Shown here one piece after another: positions 10,681 to 19,407 of a stretch of DNA of 64,000 nucleotides. The translations under genes were made by a program, and so were the position numbers. Each line of letters starts with the position of its first letter. Within the stretch, counting starts at the first letter, position 1. The stretch covers positions 64,001-128,000 of the forward strand of contig CAVYXJ010000013.1 of NCBI GenBank assembly GCA_963772455.1, read 5' to 3'. Source of the stretch: Candidatus Bathyarchaeota archaeon (lineage in GTDB: Archaea > Thermoproteota > Bathyarchaeia > Bathyarchaeales > Bathycorpusculaceae). Below the pieces are notes generated by a model. That model worked only from the letters and a program-made list of their open reading frames with translations. It was not told where the DNA came from and ran no database searches.

Positions 10681-11319
10681 TTACATGGCTCTCAAATAAG
10701 CAATAAGCCTTTCCCAATCGCCTGTCTTCTTCATATCTTTATTTTTGAGTAAGTCCATAATCGCCTTCGGGCTATACAATCCGCCATCTTTGGGGTAAAT
10801 ACGCCTTGAAACAAGAGTGAATGATACATATCCTTTATTTCCTAATTTTTCATCAGTTACTTCATGCGTGTAACCCCTTTTTTCTGATAAGATAACCACT
10901 GCAAAACGTAAATCTGGCGACAATTTTTTCAGTTCATCAAAATTTTCCTTTAATATTTCTGACTGATTAGCAACAGCATTATTCTTAATTACAATCACCA
11001 AGTTGACATCCTTGGGAGAATATTCTTTTTGATCTGGATTTATCGTAGATTTGAGTAAGAATAAATCATTCTTTATGTTTGACCCTTCGAGTTTTATTTT
11101 TGGATTAAAAGTTAGATTAAACCCTCTTCTCAAAAGATGTTCTCGAATCACTACTTCTGTTGGTACTCCACTTTTTTTCTGCGCGGTTTTTTCTCTCTCT
11201 TGGTGAATAAATTCTTCTGCAACTTCCATTAGCATCTGATATTCTTCGTCTTTTTTCGTTAACAGAGGTGCTTTGAGTTCATCGTAATGAGACATGGCTG
11301 ATACATCAATTTTTGTCAT
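10681..11319 (-). CDS. Hypothetical protein, weak resemblance to a PD-(D/E)XK fold
   Basis: 212 aa ORF with E...ND(L)...VIKN pattern; the family call is tentative. Confidence 0.55.
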   Translation of the reverse strand: MTKIDVSAMSHYDELKAPLLTKKDEEYQMLMEVAEEFIHQEREKTAQKKSGVPTEVVIREHLLRRGFNLTFNPKIKLEGSNIKNDLFLLKSTINPDQKEYSPKDVNLVIVIKNNAVANQSEILKENFDELKKLSPDLRFAVVILSEKRGYTHEVTDEKLGNKGYVSFTLVSRRIYPKDGGLYSPKAIMDLLKNKDMKKTGDWERLIAYLRAM

Positions 11320-11479
11320 TAAATAACATGTTGTTTTTGTTTTCGTTTACTGTTGCAATAAATGCCAAAGGGTATAGCTCATTTTTTTGAGGATAACTAC
11401 TGATAGAACAACATTTAAAAAAAAGTTTGTTGTTGTTCTTTCAGTTATAGATCGTCTTTATTGGCAGTACAAGAACGAT

Positions 11480-11890
11480 CTCCACGTGGGTATCGTGGCA
11501 GTAGATGGGACAAGCAACGTAAATATGGTTCATTATTCGAACGTCAAAATCGTAATGTAAATACCAAAATAGGTAAAATTGCTCGTATTTTTCAGTTTAC
11601 CAGAATAATTTTACTCGATTTTCAACGAAAAAACGTATTAAAAAGTCTGAAAATTTAGGCAATCATACTTTTTTATATGAAGGCGAAAATACAATTCGAT
11701 AACATACTTTACTTATCGCAAAAACCCTCTTTGAAAACAACCGATCAACCCAACCTATGAACGCAACACAAAAAAACTTACTTTGTTAAAGTTAAGTTTA
11801 TCAAGCTTTTAGTTTAAAATTTAGTTTATGCTTTTTCCTAAACGTTGGGTTTGTTTTGAGAGATGGGTTTTCGATGCATTCTAAAAAGCA
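11480..11890. repeat. Conserved block copy 1 (non-coding plus 3' end of the terminal array gene)
   Basis: Colinear with 21091-21495; shared stretches include TTACTCGATTTTCAACGAAAAAAC, TATTAAAAAGTCTGAAAATTTAGGCAAT and CTTACTTTGTTAAAGTTAAGTTTATCAAGCTTTT. Confidence 0.9.
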
Positions 11891-13013
11891 AAAGAGAGAC
11901 CAAGATAACCGTTAAAACAACAACCACAACAATAATGAGGTAAAAAATTGTTATCCCTATGAATGCTGGAAAAACAAGTGGATGATGGTCAATGTTGTTT
12001 TGGTCAATAACGTGTGTTCCGTTACCAGAATAGTCACTCCAGTAATTACCCTCTTTTCCATTATCCCACGAAACAATATCAGTTCCGTTAACTGAGGTTG
12101 GATTTTTATTCAAATAAGTTGTCTCAACCAAGGCATTTTGACCATTACTGACAAAGTTATTGCTATAAACAACGTTTCCTAACCCAATGTATGCATCGCC
12201 AGAGACTACAAAATTCTCAAGTTTAATCCCAATAGTGTTCCCGTCAACTTCATTATTATGAAAATCTGTGTTGCTAACGCCACGCCCAAAATTGGCCCCA
12301 AAGATACTGTTGTCTATTATCTTATTATCATGGATTGAATAAGGACCAGTCCACTCGAGAACCAATCCTTCCTCATTATTCATAATTGTATTATCGTTGA
12401 CAATCACGTATCGTGAGTAAATGCTAACCCCTTGACTGTTGTGGCTGATTGTGTTTCCTGAAATCACACCTGTAGAAGCCATGCCGTTTGATGAGATTCC
12501 AATTCCTCCTTCATTATTGATAATGGTGTTGTCTTTTATCTCAAAGTTTTCACTTCTTTCAACCATAATTGCTTGGTTATTATCGGTAATGATGTTCCCT
12601 ATTATTTTGCAGTTAGAAGGAATTGCTTGTTGGGCATAATTTGCGACAGATATGGCTGTTTCACAGTTTCTTATCGTGAACCCAGAGATGGTTACATCTG
12701 GGGCTCCAACCTTAATTGTTGCACCGGCAAAAGGGTATTTTTGACCCTGAATAATAGTTTTCTGAGGAGATTCTCCTGTTAAGGAAATTGATTTGCCTAT
12801 TGTTAGCTCTCCAACCTGAAATGTTCCGCTCCTAACATAAACGGTATCTCCTGTATTGGCATTGTTTATAGCCCCTTGGATTGTTTGGTAATTATCTGGA
12901 ACAGTTATTGCTCTCGGTAGGACATAAGTCCTTAGAATTACTATTGTAAAAACGGATGCCGCTATGACAAGAGCAATAAGCAAAACAGCAGAACTCTTTC
13001 TGATAGTTCCCAT
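11838..13013 (-). CDS. NosD/CASH right-handed beta-helix surface protein with C-terminal TM
   Basis: ITVPDNYQTIQGAINNA, N/I-rich beta-helix repeats, WDNGKEGNYWSDY, TM, tail ISQNKPNV. Confidence 0.85.
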   Translation of the reverse strand: MGTIRKSSAVLLIALVIAASVFTIVILRTYVLPRAITVPDNYQTIQGAINNANTGDTVYVRSGTFQVGELTIGKSISLTGESPQKTIIQGQKYPFAGATIKVGAPDVTISGFTIRNCETAISVANYAQQAIPSNCKIIGNIITDNNQAIMVERSENFEIKDNTIINNEGGIGISSNGMASTGVISGNTISHNSQGVSIYSRYVIVNDNTIMNNEEGLVLEWTGPYSIHDNKIIDNSIFGANFGRGVSNTDFHNNEVDGNTIGIKLENFVVSGDAYIGLGNVVYSNNFVSNGQNALVETTYLNKNPTSVNGTDIVSWDNGKEGNYWSDYSGNGTHVIDQNNIDHHPLVFPAFIGITIFYLIIVVVVVLTVILVSLLLFRMHRKPISQNKPNV

Positions 13014-13039
13014 AGTTAGCTGATAGACCCGCTTTAAAT

Positions 13040-13135
13040 AAAAGACTTCTCGTACAAGACTCTTGACTAAGAGCAGTCAAACTTCCTTTACTGAACTGTG
13101 TTTGTGTTTTTTGTGGTAGACCAACAAACCAGCAG
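13040..13135. repeat. Inter-gene junction module (promoter, two GTMAA-N6-TTKAC palindromes, shared tail-coding DNA)
   Basis: AAAAGACTTCTCGTACAAGACTCTTGACTAAGAGCAGT is identical at 24158-24195; palindromes at 13052-13067 and 13076-13091. Confidence 0.85.
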
Positions 13136-14210
13136 ATGCCACCAAGATAAAAGCAACGACTGAAACAGCGGTTATAATGACCAAGTTTCGAGAGGAGTCT
13201 AATCCTGATTTAGTTTCATAAGATGGAGCAATAAGCGGATAATGGTCTATATTTGTAGCATCAATAACATAAGCTGTATCTCCGATGCCGTCCCAGTTAG
13301 CATCTGAACCATTATAGCCTTGCCAGTAATTGCCTTCTTTGCCATTATCCCAAGAAGTATCTTGAACTGTCACATCCAAACTTACAGGGTTATTTTTACC
13401 TAAGAAGGTATTGTGAAAAAAAGTATTATTTGTAGCTAAACCAATAATTAAATTGGTACCATAACGTCCAACACTAATTTTGTTATTATCAAAAATATTG
13501 TTGCTGCTATTATAAATTTGAAGTGCACTGTTGAGTTTTCCTTCCGTGTCAATAGTATTTTCAAAGATTATATTCTGGTTAGAAGAATTCAAGTAAAAGT
13601 AAGACATTTCATTTAAACCGATTGTGTTCTGGTCAGCCAATTCCAGATTAAGGGTGTAAATATTATTTTTGAGGAGAGTATTATAAGCGCCTACTAGTTC
13701 AACGCGCCCGTTCCAAGTGTTATTAGATATATTACAGTTAGACCCACTTATTGACAACGTCTTCCCGCCTGTTATGTTATTGTCGCATATTTGGGTTCTA
13801 TCGCCTTCTACCGTGATGTCTCCGAACGGCGAGAGGATAATTGTTAAGTTTACAAGCCGCACATCATTGGCTTTAATGTTAATTGAATCCGTATGACCAT
13901 AAAAAGGGGTAGTTATAATCCATTCCACACCATATGCAGGGAACAAATTTATTACAGTCTTCTTGGCGTTTTCTCCGATAATCCAGAGGGATTTGTCAAT
14001 TATCAATGTTTGATTAATTGGTCCATCATATTCTCCCTCTTTAACAAATATCGTATCCCCATTAGTTGCATTTCCGATTGCCGATGCAATCGTTGGATAA
14101 TCGTCTGGAACAATGATAGTTTTGTTTTCAGCTTTGACTGGCAAAAATGTGATTATGGATGATGCTGTTAGGAAGACGAGAACAAGTGCTAAAGCTAAAG
14201 CTTTACTCAT
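13077..14210 (-). CDS. NosD-like beta-helix surface protein with C-terminal TM
   Basis: Likely start MSKALAL (14210); IIVPDDYPTIASAI, WDNGKEGNYW, DGIGDTAY; tail AGLLVYHKKHKHSSVKEV. Confidence 0.85.
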   Translation of the reverse strand: MSKALALALVLVFLTASSIITFLPVKAENKTIIVPDDYPTIASAIGNATNGDTIFVKEGEYDGPINQTLIIDKSLWIIGENAKKTVINLFPAYGVEWIITTPFYGHTDSINIKANDVRLVNLTIILSPFGDITVEGDRTQICDNNITGGKTLSISGSNCNISNNTWNGRVELVGAYNTLLKNNIYTLNLELADQNTIGLNEMSYFYLNSSNQNIIFENTIDTEGKLNSALQIYNSSNNIFDNNKISVGRYGTNLIIGLATNNTFFHNTFLGKNNPVSLDVTVQDTSWDNGKEGNYWQGYNGSDANWDGIGDTAYVIDATNIDHYPLIAPSYETKSGLDSSRNLVIITAVSVVAFILVASAGLLVYHKKHKHSSVKEV

Positions 14211-14228
14211 TGCCACCACTTCATTGTT

Positions 14229-14300
14229 GGTTGGTTTGCAGATAAAAGACTTCTCGTACAAGACTCTGGACTAAAATTAGTTAAGAATTCTGGACTAAGC
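14229..14300. repeat. Junction module
   Basis: GGTTGGTTTGCAGATAAAAGACTTCTCGTACAAGACTC nearly matches 24143-24180; palindromes at 14256-14271 and 14280-14295. Confidence 0.85.
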
Positions 14301-14398
14301 TGAATTGCGGATATTATTAAAATAGTTTACCTTCATCGAGAACATTGCCGTTTAGTTTAATTGAGGCAATGAAACTTGAATTTATGACTTCTAACGTT

Positions 14399-15199
14399 TT
14401 ATTTCCTGTTTTTCCTTAGGGCAACCAAAAGAACAACAGCAATTGCTACAAGTCCAATCCCAATGGCACCAATATAATAGGTTGAAAAATTAGTTGTTAC
14501 TGAGAAATTTGTTACAGCTTCAGCTCTTCCCTTTTCAGTCACCACTATCATTAAGATTTCATAGTTACCCTCAGAGATTGATGTTAAAGTTGTATTTCCT
14601 GTGAGGGGATATTCATTTGATGTATCAGGTCCATAGTGTGGGTAATCTGCATTTTCATACAAATAGTAAGATGCCTTCTCCATGTTTCCATTAACAGTAA
14701 AGATTAGAGGTATCTCTCCAGTGTAGGTTTGGTTTGTTGGAGATAAAATTTTGATGCTTGTAACTTGATAGCTGGAATTTACTGTAAAGTCTCTTGATGT
14801 GTACATGCCGTTTGCGTAAGCTTCCACTGTGTGGTTACCGTCAGATAAGTTCTCGAGAATAGCTTTGCCAATTACTGTGTAGCCAACTCTTCCTGGACCA
14901 AAGTTCGAAGGGCTTTTGATTGTGAGATTTCCAATATATTGCAATGGCTCTCCATCTACACTGTAGGCTATGTTGTTAACTTTTTGTGATTCAGCGAATT
15001 GATAGACATTCACTTCAAGATTGACAGTAGAATTCTCATATCTATTTGGAGGGTAAGGGGGAGAGATAATCTTCATAGAAGGTATTGGAATTTCATCAAA
15101 AAGGGAACCTTCTGTCACTAAGAGTTGAGAGGTAGCCCCTACTAATAGCAGCATTAGCAAAATAGTAGCTACATTATAGGTCTGTCTCATGTTTACCAA
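14399..15199 (-). CDS. Surface protein with two Ig-like repeats and C-terminal TM
   Basis: Signal peptide; two repeats beginning IISP/ILSP and containing LSDGNHTV/ISEGNYEI; TM followed by RKNRK. Confidence 0.8.
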   Translation of the reverse strand: MVNMRQTYNVATILLMLLLVGATSQLLVTEGSLFDEIPIPSMKIISPPYPPNRYENSTVNLEVNVYQFAESQKVNNIAYSVDGEPLQYIGNLTIKSPSNFGPGRVGYTVIGKAILENLSDGNHTVEAYANGMYTSRDFTVNSSYQVTSIKILSPTNQTYTGEIPLIFTVNGNMEKASYYLYENADYPHYGPDTSNEYPLTGNTTLTSISEGNYEILMIVVTEKGRAEAVTNFSVTTNFSTYYIGAIGIGLVAIAVVLLVALRKNRK

Positions 15200-15219
15200 G
15201 GTCTGCTAATAGATTTCTA

Positions 15220-15330
15220 CTTAAGAGTTTTTTCGTAAAGGTTTCTTGACTAACTCTGAAAACTGCTCGGTCAAACTTTCTTTACTAAGTTGTGTTTGTG
15301 TTTTTTGTGGTAGACCAACAAACCAGCAAC
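15220..15330. repeat. Junction module
   Basis: Palindromes at 15235-15250 and 15270-15285, followed by TGTGTTTGTGTTTTTTGTGGTAGACCAACAAACCAGC. Confidence 0.8.
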
Positions 15331-16218
15331 TACCAAGGCTACTACTGCAACAGAAATAGAGGCAAAAGGAACAATTGGGAAAGGCAGGGTTTCTTCCTCA
15401 GGGACATTGAAAACAACAACAGCGCCATGTACAGACGGTGGTTCTTCTTCTCGGGAGAAAGCAATTGTCATTCTTCCAGCTTTACCATCAATCAGAGTAT
15501 TGTTTAAGGGCGTCAATGTTCCACGGGTATCTATAGAATAAGCTTGCAACTCAAAGAGGTCGGATTCAATCTGAATGCCGTATTTGTTGGGAGAATATCC
15601 ATACCAAGAGTACAGTGGGTATGAAATATTGCTGCATCCATAGCGCCCGTATAAAGGCAGTGTAAATGAATAGTCTCCAAGGTAAGCATAAGATGTTGGG
15701 GTTTTTGAAATCGGAAGCTCATAATGAATTGCCACAACAAAGTCACGCAAAACAGGTGAAACAGTCCAATTGATTTCCTGCAAGTTGGTGTCAAAAATAT
15801 GGAAATATCCACGAGAATCTATTTGTGATTCGACTTCTTCACCGTTTAACCAAACAGAGATGTGAGTCGTGTTAAAAGGAATTGGATAGTGAGCTTCCAA
15901 CGTATCTTGTGTAACGATAACTGTAACATAAGGTGATGAATCTTTTATCAAACCCATGCCAGTATTTTCTGCGATATAGCTATCTCCTAAGGCGTAAACT
16001 GTGTGCATTTTGTATTCTGCATCAATCTTCACCCATAAGGCTTCATCAACTCGGAAGATTGTGGCGTTGATGTTAGTTTCAGGCACGTTGACCTTTGGCG
16101 GGATTCCATAAGTGGGGTATGCTTTTGCAGTATTGACCGTTTGTAGTTCTCCAAAAGTAACCATGTATAATGTCAGGAGTAAGAAAATGACAAGTAGTTT
16201 GGCTGTGTTCTTGTTCAT
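15271..16218 (-). CDS. Membrane-anchored surface protein
   Basis: Signal peptide, unique extracellular domain, TM, tail AGLLVYHKKHKHNLVKKV. Confidence 0.8.
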   Translation of the reverse strand: MNKNTAKLLVIFLLLTLYMVTFGELQTVNTAKAYPTYGIPPKVNVPETNINATIFRVDEALWVKIDAEYKMHTVYALGDSYIAENTGMGLIKDSSPYVTVIVTQDTLEAHYPIPFNTTHISVWLNGEEVESQIDSRGYFHIFDTNLQEINWTVSPVLRDFVVAIHYELPISKTPTSYAYLGDYSFTLPLYGRYGCSNISYPLYSWYGYSPNKYGIQIESDLFELQAYSIDTRGTLTPLNNTLIDGKAGRMTIAFSREEEPPSVHGAVVVFNVPEEETLPFPIVPFASISVAVVALVVAGLLVYHKKHKHNLVKKV

Positions 16219-16249
16219 TTCAATTCCTACCAGTATAGGGCTGTTTTAG

Positions 16250-16567
16250 TGATTAAAGATTTTTCCAAGTAAAGAATTCTGGACAAACAAAAAGTAGTCC
16301 TTCCAGCCTCGCCGCCATTCCTATAAAGGTGTGACCGGACAAGGGACACGTTAAATTCGTGGAGGTCAACAAAATGATAACACAAGTAAATACAACGATT
16401 GAATTAAAACCAGAATTAGTCAATTTAGCTTGTGAAATAGGTTTAAATCCGTCTAAAATCTGTGAAAATGCCCTTAAATCGGCAATAAGGTGCCTTCAAG
16501 GCGTAAATTTGAATAAGTGTTTGGTGGACGAGCCGGGATTTGAACCCGGGACCTCCACGATGCCAAC
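16250..16567. repeat. Array-head/int(N) repeat copy 1 (palindrome, integrase promoter region, int(N), att core)
   Basis: Aligns with ~26205-26545, e.g. CCTCGCCGCCATTCCTATAAAGGTG and GTGGAGGTCAACAAAATGATAACACAAGT; palindrome at 16269-16284. Confidence 0.9.
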
Positions 16568-17494
16568 AGGGACAGAAACAAGCTCTTTTTCAGAAAAAAA
16601 GGCTGAATTAATCGTTAAACCTGAAACCCTCGTCACATTTGCGGAATTCATGACTGTAAACATGCGCCTTGAAAAGAGAACGGTTCGGGAAACAAAATCC
16701 AATGTTCATCGGTATTTAGAAAGTTCAAAATATGTCGTAAACTATGAAACTGTCTCGAAATTCCTGAAATCATACATGACCAAATCCTCAAGGACGTATA
16801 ACGCTCAGCTAACAAGTCTTGCGAAGATTTGTTAGAGATTTCTTGCATGCACCTGAAAGCATTTTAGATTTTAAGATGGCTCCAATTGATTTGTTAGGCA
16901 AAAACATACAGCTACCAACAAAAGAACAATTGAAGAAAGGTTTTGACGCTTTAACCGAAGAAGGCGAGAAAGCATTGTATTTGTTTACTTTGTCAACAGG
17001 TCTGCGCCGAAGCGAAATCATGGGGCTGACAAAAGACAAAATAGACTTCAAAATGCAGAAGCGTTATTCCCTTGCATTTCACACGCGTTAAACGATCAGG
17101 AATTACATTTTACAACTCAGAAACCGAAGAATACCTAAACAAATACTTGTCAGCACGACCAGACGATACCAAAGTTTTTAGGCTGTGTCCAAAGAAATGC
17201 AAGTTGATGTGGCGGAAAATCAGCGAAGCAGCAGGAATTAAGATTTCACCTCAAATTCTACGAGTTTGGTTTTCAAACGAACTGGGGGAACAATTCGTTC
17301 CTGATCGATTTGTTGACATTTTCCAAGGGCGTGCACCAAGATCTGTTTTCGCGAAGAGCTACACTGCAAAAGGAATTGAACGGTTAAAAGCAATTTATGA
17401 AAAAGCTAACTTAACTATTACTTGTCAAGACGCAAATGCCTTTGTTTTTTCAATAGCTCATCCGTTAAGCTTTCGGCATGACTTTTCCTCTTGA
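16374..17494 (+). CDS. SSV-type tyrosine integrase spanning the att site; two apparent +1 frameshifts (~16820, ~17058)
   Basis: Three consecutive ORFs join into one protein. TGLRRSE (R), VKRS (K), PQILR, VDIFQGRAPRSV and KSY (Y) match SSV1-type catalytic motifs; the antisense tRNA half is translated as LVDEPGFEPGTSTMPT. Confidence 0.85.
16522..16567 (-). repeat. att site: 3' half of tRNA-Ala(GGC)
   Basis: TGGTGGACGAGCCGGGATTTGAACCCGGGACCTCCACGATGCCAAC, 45/46 identical to 26500-26545; identity ends just past the anticodon loop. Confidence 0.95.
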
Positions 17495-17797
17495 ATCCAT
17501 CAAATCACCGTCTTGAAGCCCACGTGTTTCTTCTGCTAATTTGTACGCATGTCTGAGCAAAACAAAGCTCAAAGCACGTTTGACTTCTTTTTCATCTCTG
17601 GCAAATTCATTGCCAAAATCTATTTCGTCAGCCGTAGTCAATTCTTCTTCATGTTTTCTCATATATCTTAATTCTAAATTAATGAATTTCTGAACTTCTT
17701 TAGGCAGTTCTTTAGCAAGTTCTTTGACCTTTTCTGTGATCAATTTTTCTGAAATCGTAAACAATTTGGCGTTCTCACGTTTGAGTGTAATAGACAT
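17465..17797 (-). CDS. Hypothetical element protein (helical, charged)
   Basis: 110 aa ORF convergent with the integrase. Confidence 0.55.
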   Translation of the reverse strand: MSITLKRENAKLFTISEKLITEKVKELAKELPKEVQKFINLELRYMRKHEEELTTADEIDFGNEFARDEKEVKRALSFVLLRHAYKLAEETRGLQDGDLMDSRGKVMPKA

Positions 17798-17827
17798 TCT
17801 TTTTGGCGTTTACTTTGTTTTGGCAGT

Positions 17828-18025
17828 TTATCGATGTATATTCCATCCATTTCTTCTTTGAGATAACGGTAGAGTTGTATTCGCGTCCCATGGGCTTTTT
17901 ACATTTTTGTCGTTAACGTGTGTTGCGAAGGTCAAGAAGTTTTTTTGACCTGATATTGGAGTTCCGTCAGGCATCAAATCAAGAATCTTTTCGATGTATT
18001 TTTCAGAATGTCTTCGGTTTACCAT
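17828..18025 (-). CDS. Small hypothetical protein, possibly a frameshifted regulator
   Basis: GGTGA RBS before ATG; divergent from the zinc-finger gene; product unclear. Confidence 0.35.
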   Translation of the reverse strand: MVNRRHSEKYIEKILDLMPDGTPISGQKNFLTFATHVNDKNVKSPWDANTTLPLSQRRNGWNIHR

Positions 18026-18126
18026 ATTTCACCATCTTTAGTTTGGATATGCGAGCAAATAACCATAATAAAAACGATGTATATAAGTCATTCTGTCAAG
18101 TCAGCAATTGACATCATGCAAAAAAC

Positions 18127-18271
18127 ATGGAGATAAAAAAATTGGTAAAAATTCCAAGAATTGAATGCCCTCAGTGCCTCTATAATTGGCGTCCCGAGGG
18201 TAGAACCTTTGCCAAAACGTTGTCCAAATTGTGGACATAGGCTATCGCAGGAAAGTGAGGTGAAACAATGA
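18127..18271 (+). CDS. Small zinc-ribbon protein (one apparent +1 frameshift), not in the ORF track
   Basis: MEIKKLVKIPRIECPQCLYNWRP / RVEPLPKRCPNCGHRLSQESEVKQ*; CxxC-W-PR-PKRCPxC pattern; ATGA overlap with the next gene. Confidence 0.65.
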
Positions 18272-18684
18272 ACGAGAAAGAAATAGCAAAAATGATTGCA
18301 GAAAGCGAAGTCTTAGAGCCTTACCTGAGAAAAATGCCGCCAATCCCACAATACCAACTCGATTCGCAACAAGCTATTGAACTCTACAGAAAAGACGTAG
18401 ACGCGATGGAAGAAAACAATTTTCGAATCGCCGTTTTCCAATGTGCCTATGACATAGCAATCTGGCTTAGTGAAGGTGGAGGTTCGTTTACGTCTTTGCA
18501 ATGCATGACTCCTGAGTCTCACAAAAAAACTTTCAGTCAAATCAACTTTGGTCAACTCGAAACAAACGCTCAAGGAATAAGACAGGAAATTAAAAGATTG
18601 AAAATGGCTAAACCATTAATTTTAAAACTAATTGATGCAAACGCTAAGGCACAATGGGATAAAACTCAGTACAATCACTGTTGA
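18268..18684 (+). CDS. Hypothetical element protein
   Basis: GAGGTGA RBS, 138 aa. Confidence 0.65.
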   Translation: MNEKEIAKMIAESEVLEPYLRKMPPIPQYQLDSQQAIELYRKDVDAMEENNFRIAVFQCAYDIAIWLSEGGGSFTSLQCMTPESHKKTFSQINFGQLETNAQGIRQEIKRLKMAKPLILKLIDANAKAQWDKTQYNHC

Positions 18685-18711
18685 AACGCCAAATCGAATC
18701 ATCCACCCGAG

Positions 18712-19158
18712 TTGAATACGATTGGATGTAAGCATGAGTTAAAAACTAAAGGTCAGGAAGCCGTTCTTGACTTGGCTATACTTCAATACGAAAAGATTCT
18801 TGAAGTCTACAATATAGAGGCATCTGACAGAAAGAAATCCCCCATCGTTAAAGACATCATCAACAACATAACTTCATTGATTAAACAGGCAGAAAAAATA
18901 CACCCAATCATAGTTAAAGCTAATCTGAAAGCACAAAAAGCTTTGGCAAATGGCATTTCGCCTGATCTTAAAACTTGTAACTCTTTTATCGATGCAACTG
19001 CCAAATTCTCTGAATTGAGCCACGAATATTTCACTCAAAAGGGCAAACTCGATTTCTACACAGACCAATCTTCAAACGATCTTGTCTTTCCAACTTTAAC
19101 CAACAACGACACATCTGCTGAATATGAGATGAAGCGACAATGGAGGAAATTTGCCTAA
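18712..19158 (+). CDS. Hypothetical element protein (could be the frameshifted continuation of the previous ORF)
   Basis: 148 aa ORF with TTG start and no clear RBS. Confidence 0.5.
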   Translation: MNTIGCKHELKTKGQEAVLDLAILQYEKILEVYNIEASDRKKSPIVKDIINNITSLIKQAEKIHPIIVKANLKAQKALANGISPDLKTCNSFIDATAKFSELSHEYFTQKGKLDFYTDQSSNDLVFPTLTNNDTSAEYEMKRQWRKFA

Positions 19159-19164
19159 ACAATC

Positions 19165-19342
19165 GGAAGCCGCATGCTCCACAAAAGGCTCAGACAGCTC
19201 GTTTTCCGGATGCGCGTACGTAAACGGAATTTTCCGCAAAGCAGGGCTTAATCTTTGCCCTTGATTCCCCTAACGCGCGGGGCTCCTGCTTGGAGGTTTT
19301 ATGTCATCGCTGTCGGGCTCTGCGGAAAAGCATGTGGCTTTC
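19165..19342. other. GC-rich, extensively self-complementary non-coding segment (structured RNA or ssDNA origin)
   Basis: AAGCCGCATGCT/AGCATGTGGCTT, GACAGC/GCTGTC, TTTTCCGCA/TGCGGAAAA, AAGCAGG/CCTGCTT, AGGGC/GCCCT and CCCC/GGGG stems. Confidence 0.6.
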
Positions 19343-19407
19343 AAACGAAGTTGCGTTTCATCAATCCCCTTTTTCATTTTTTATTATTATTAACGGAGGT
19401 GAATTAC

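Noticed and set aside
19255-19407. N-terminal 51 aa of the 19255-20064 ORF
   Set aside because: It overlaps the structured segment; a strong GGAGGTGA RBS supports the start at 19408.
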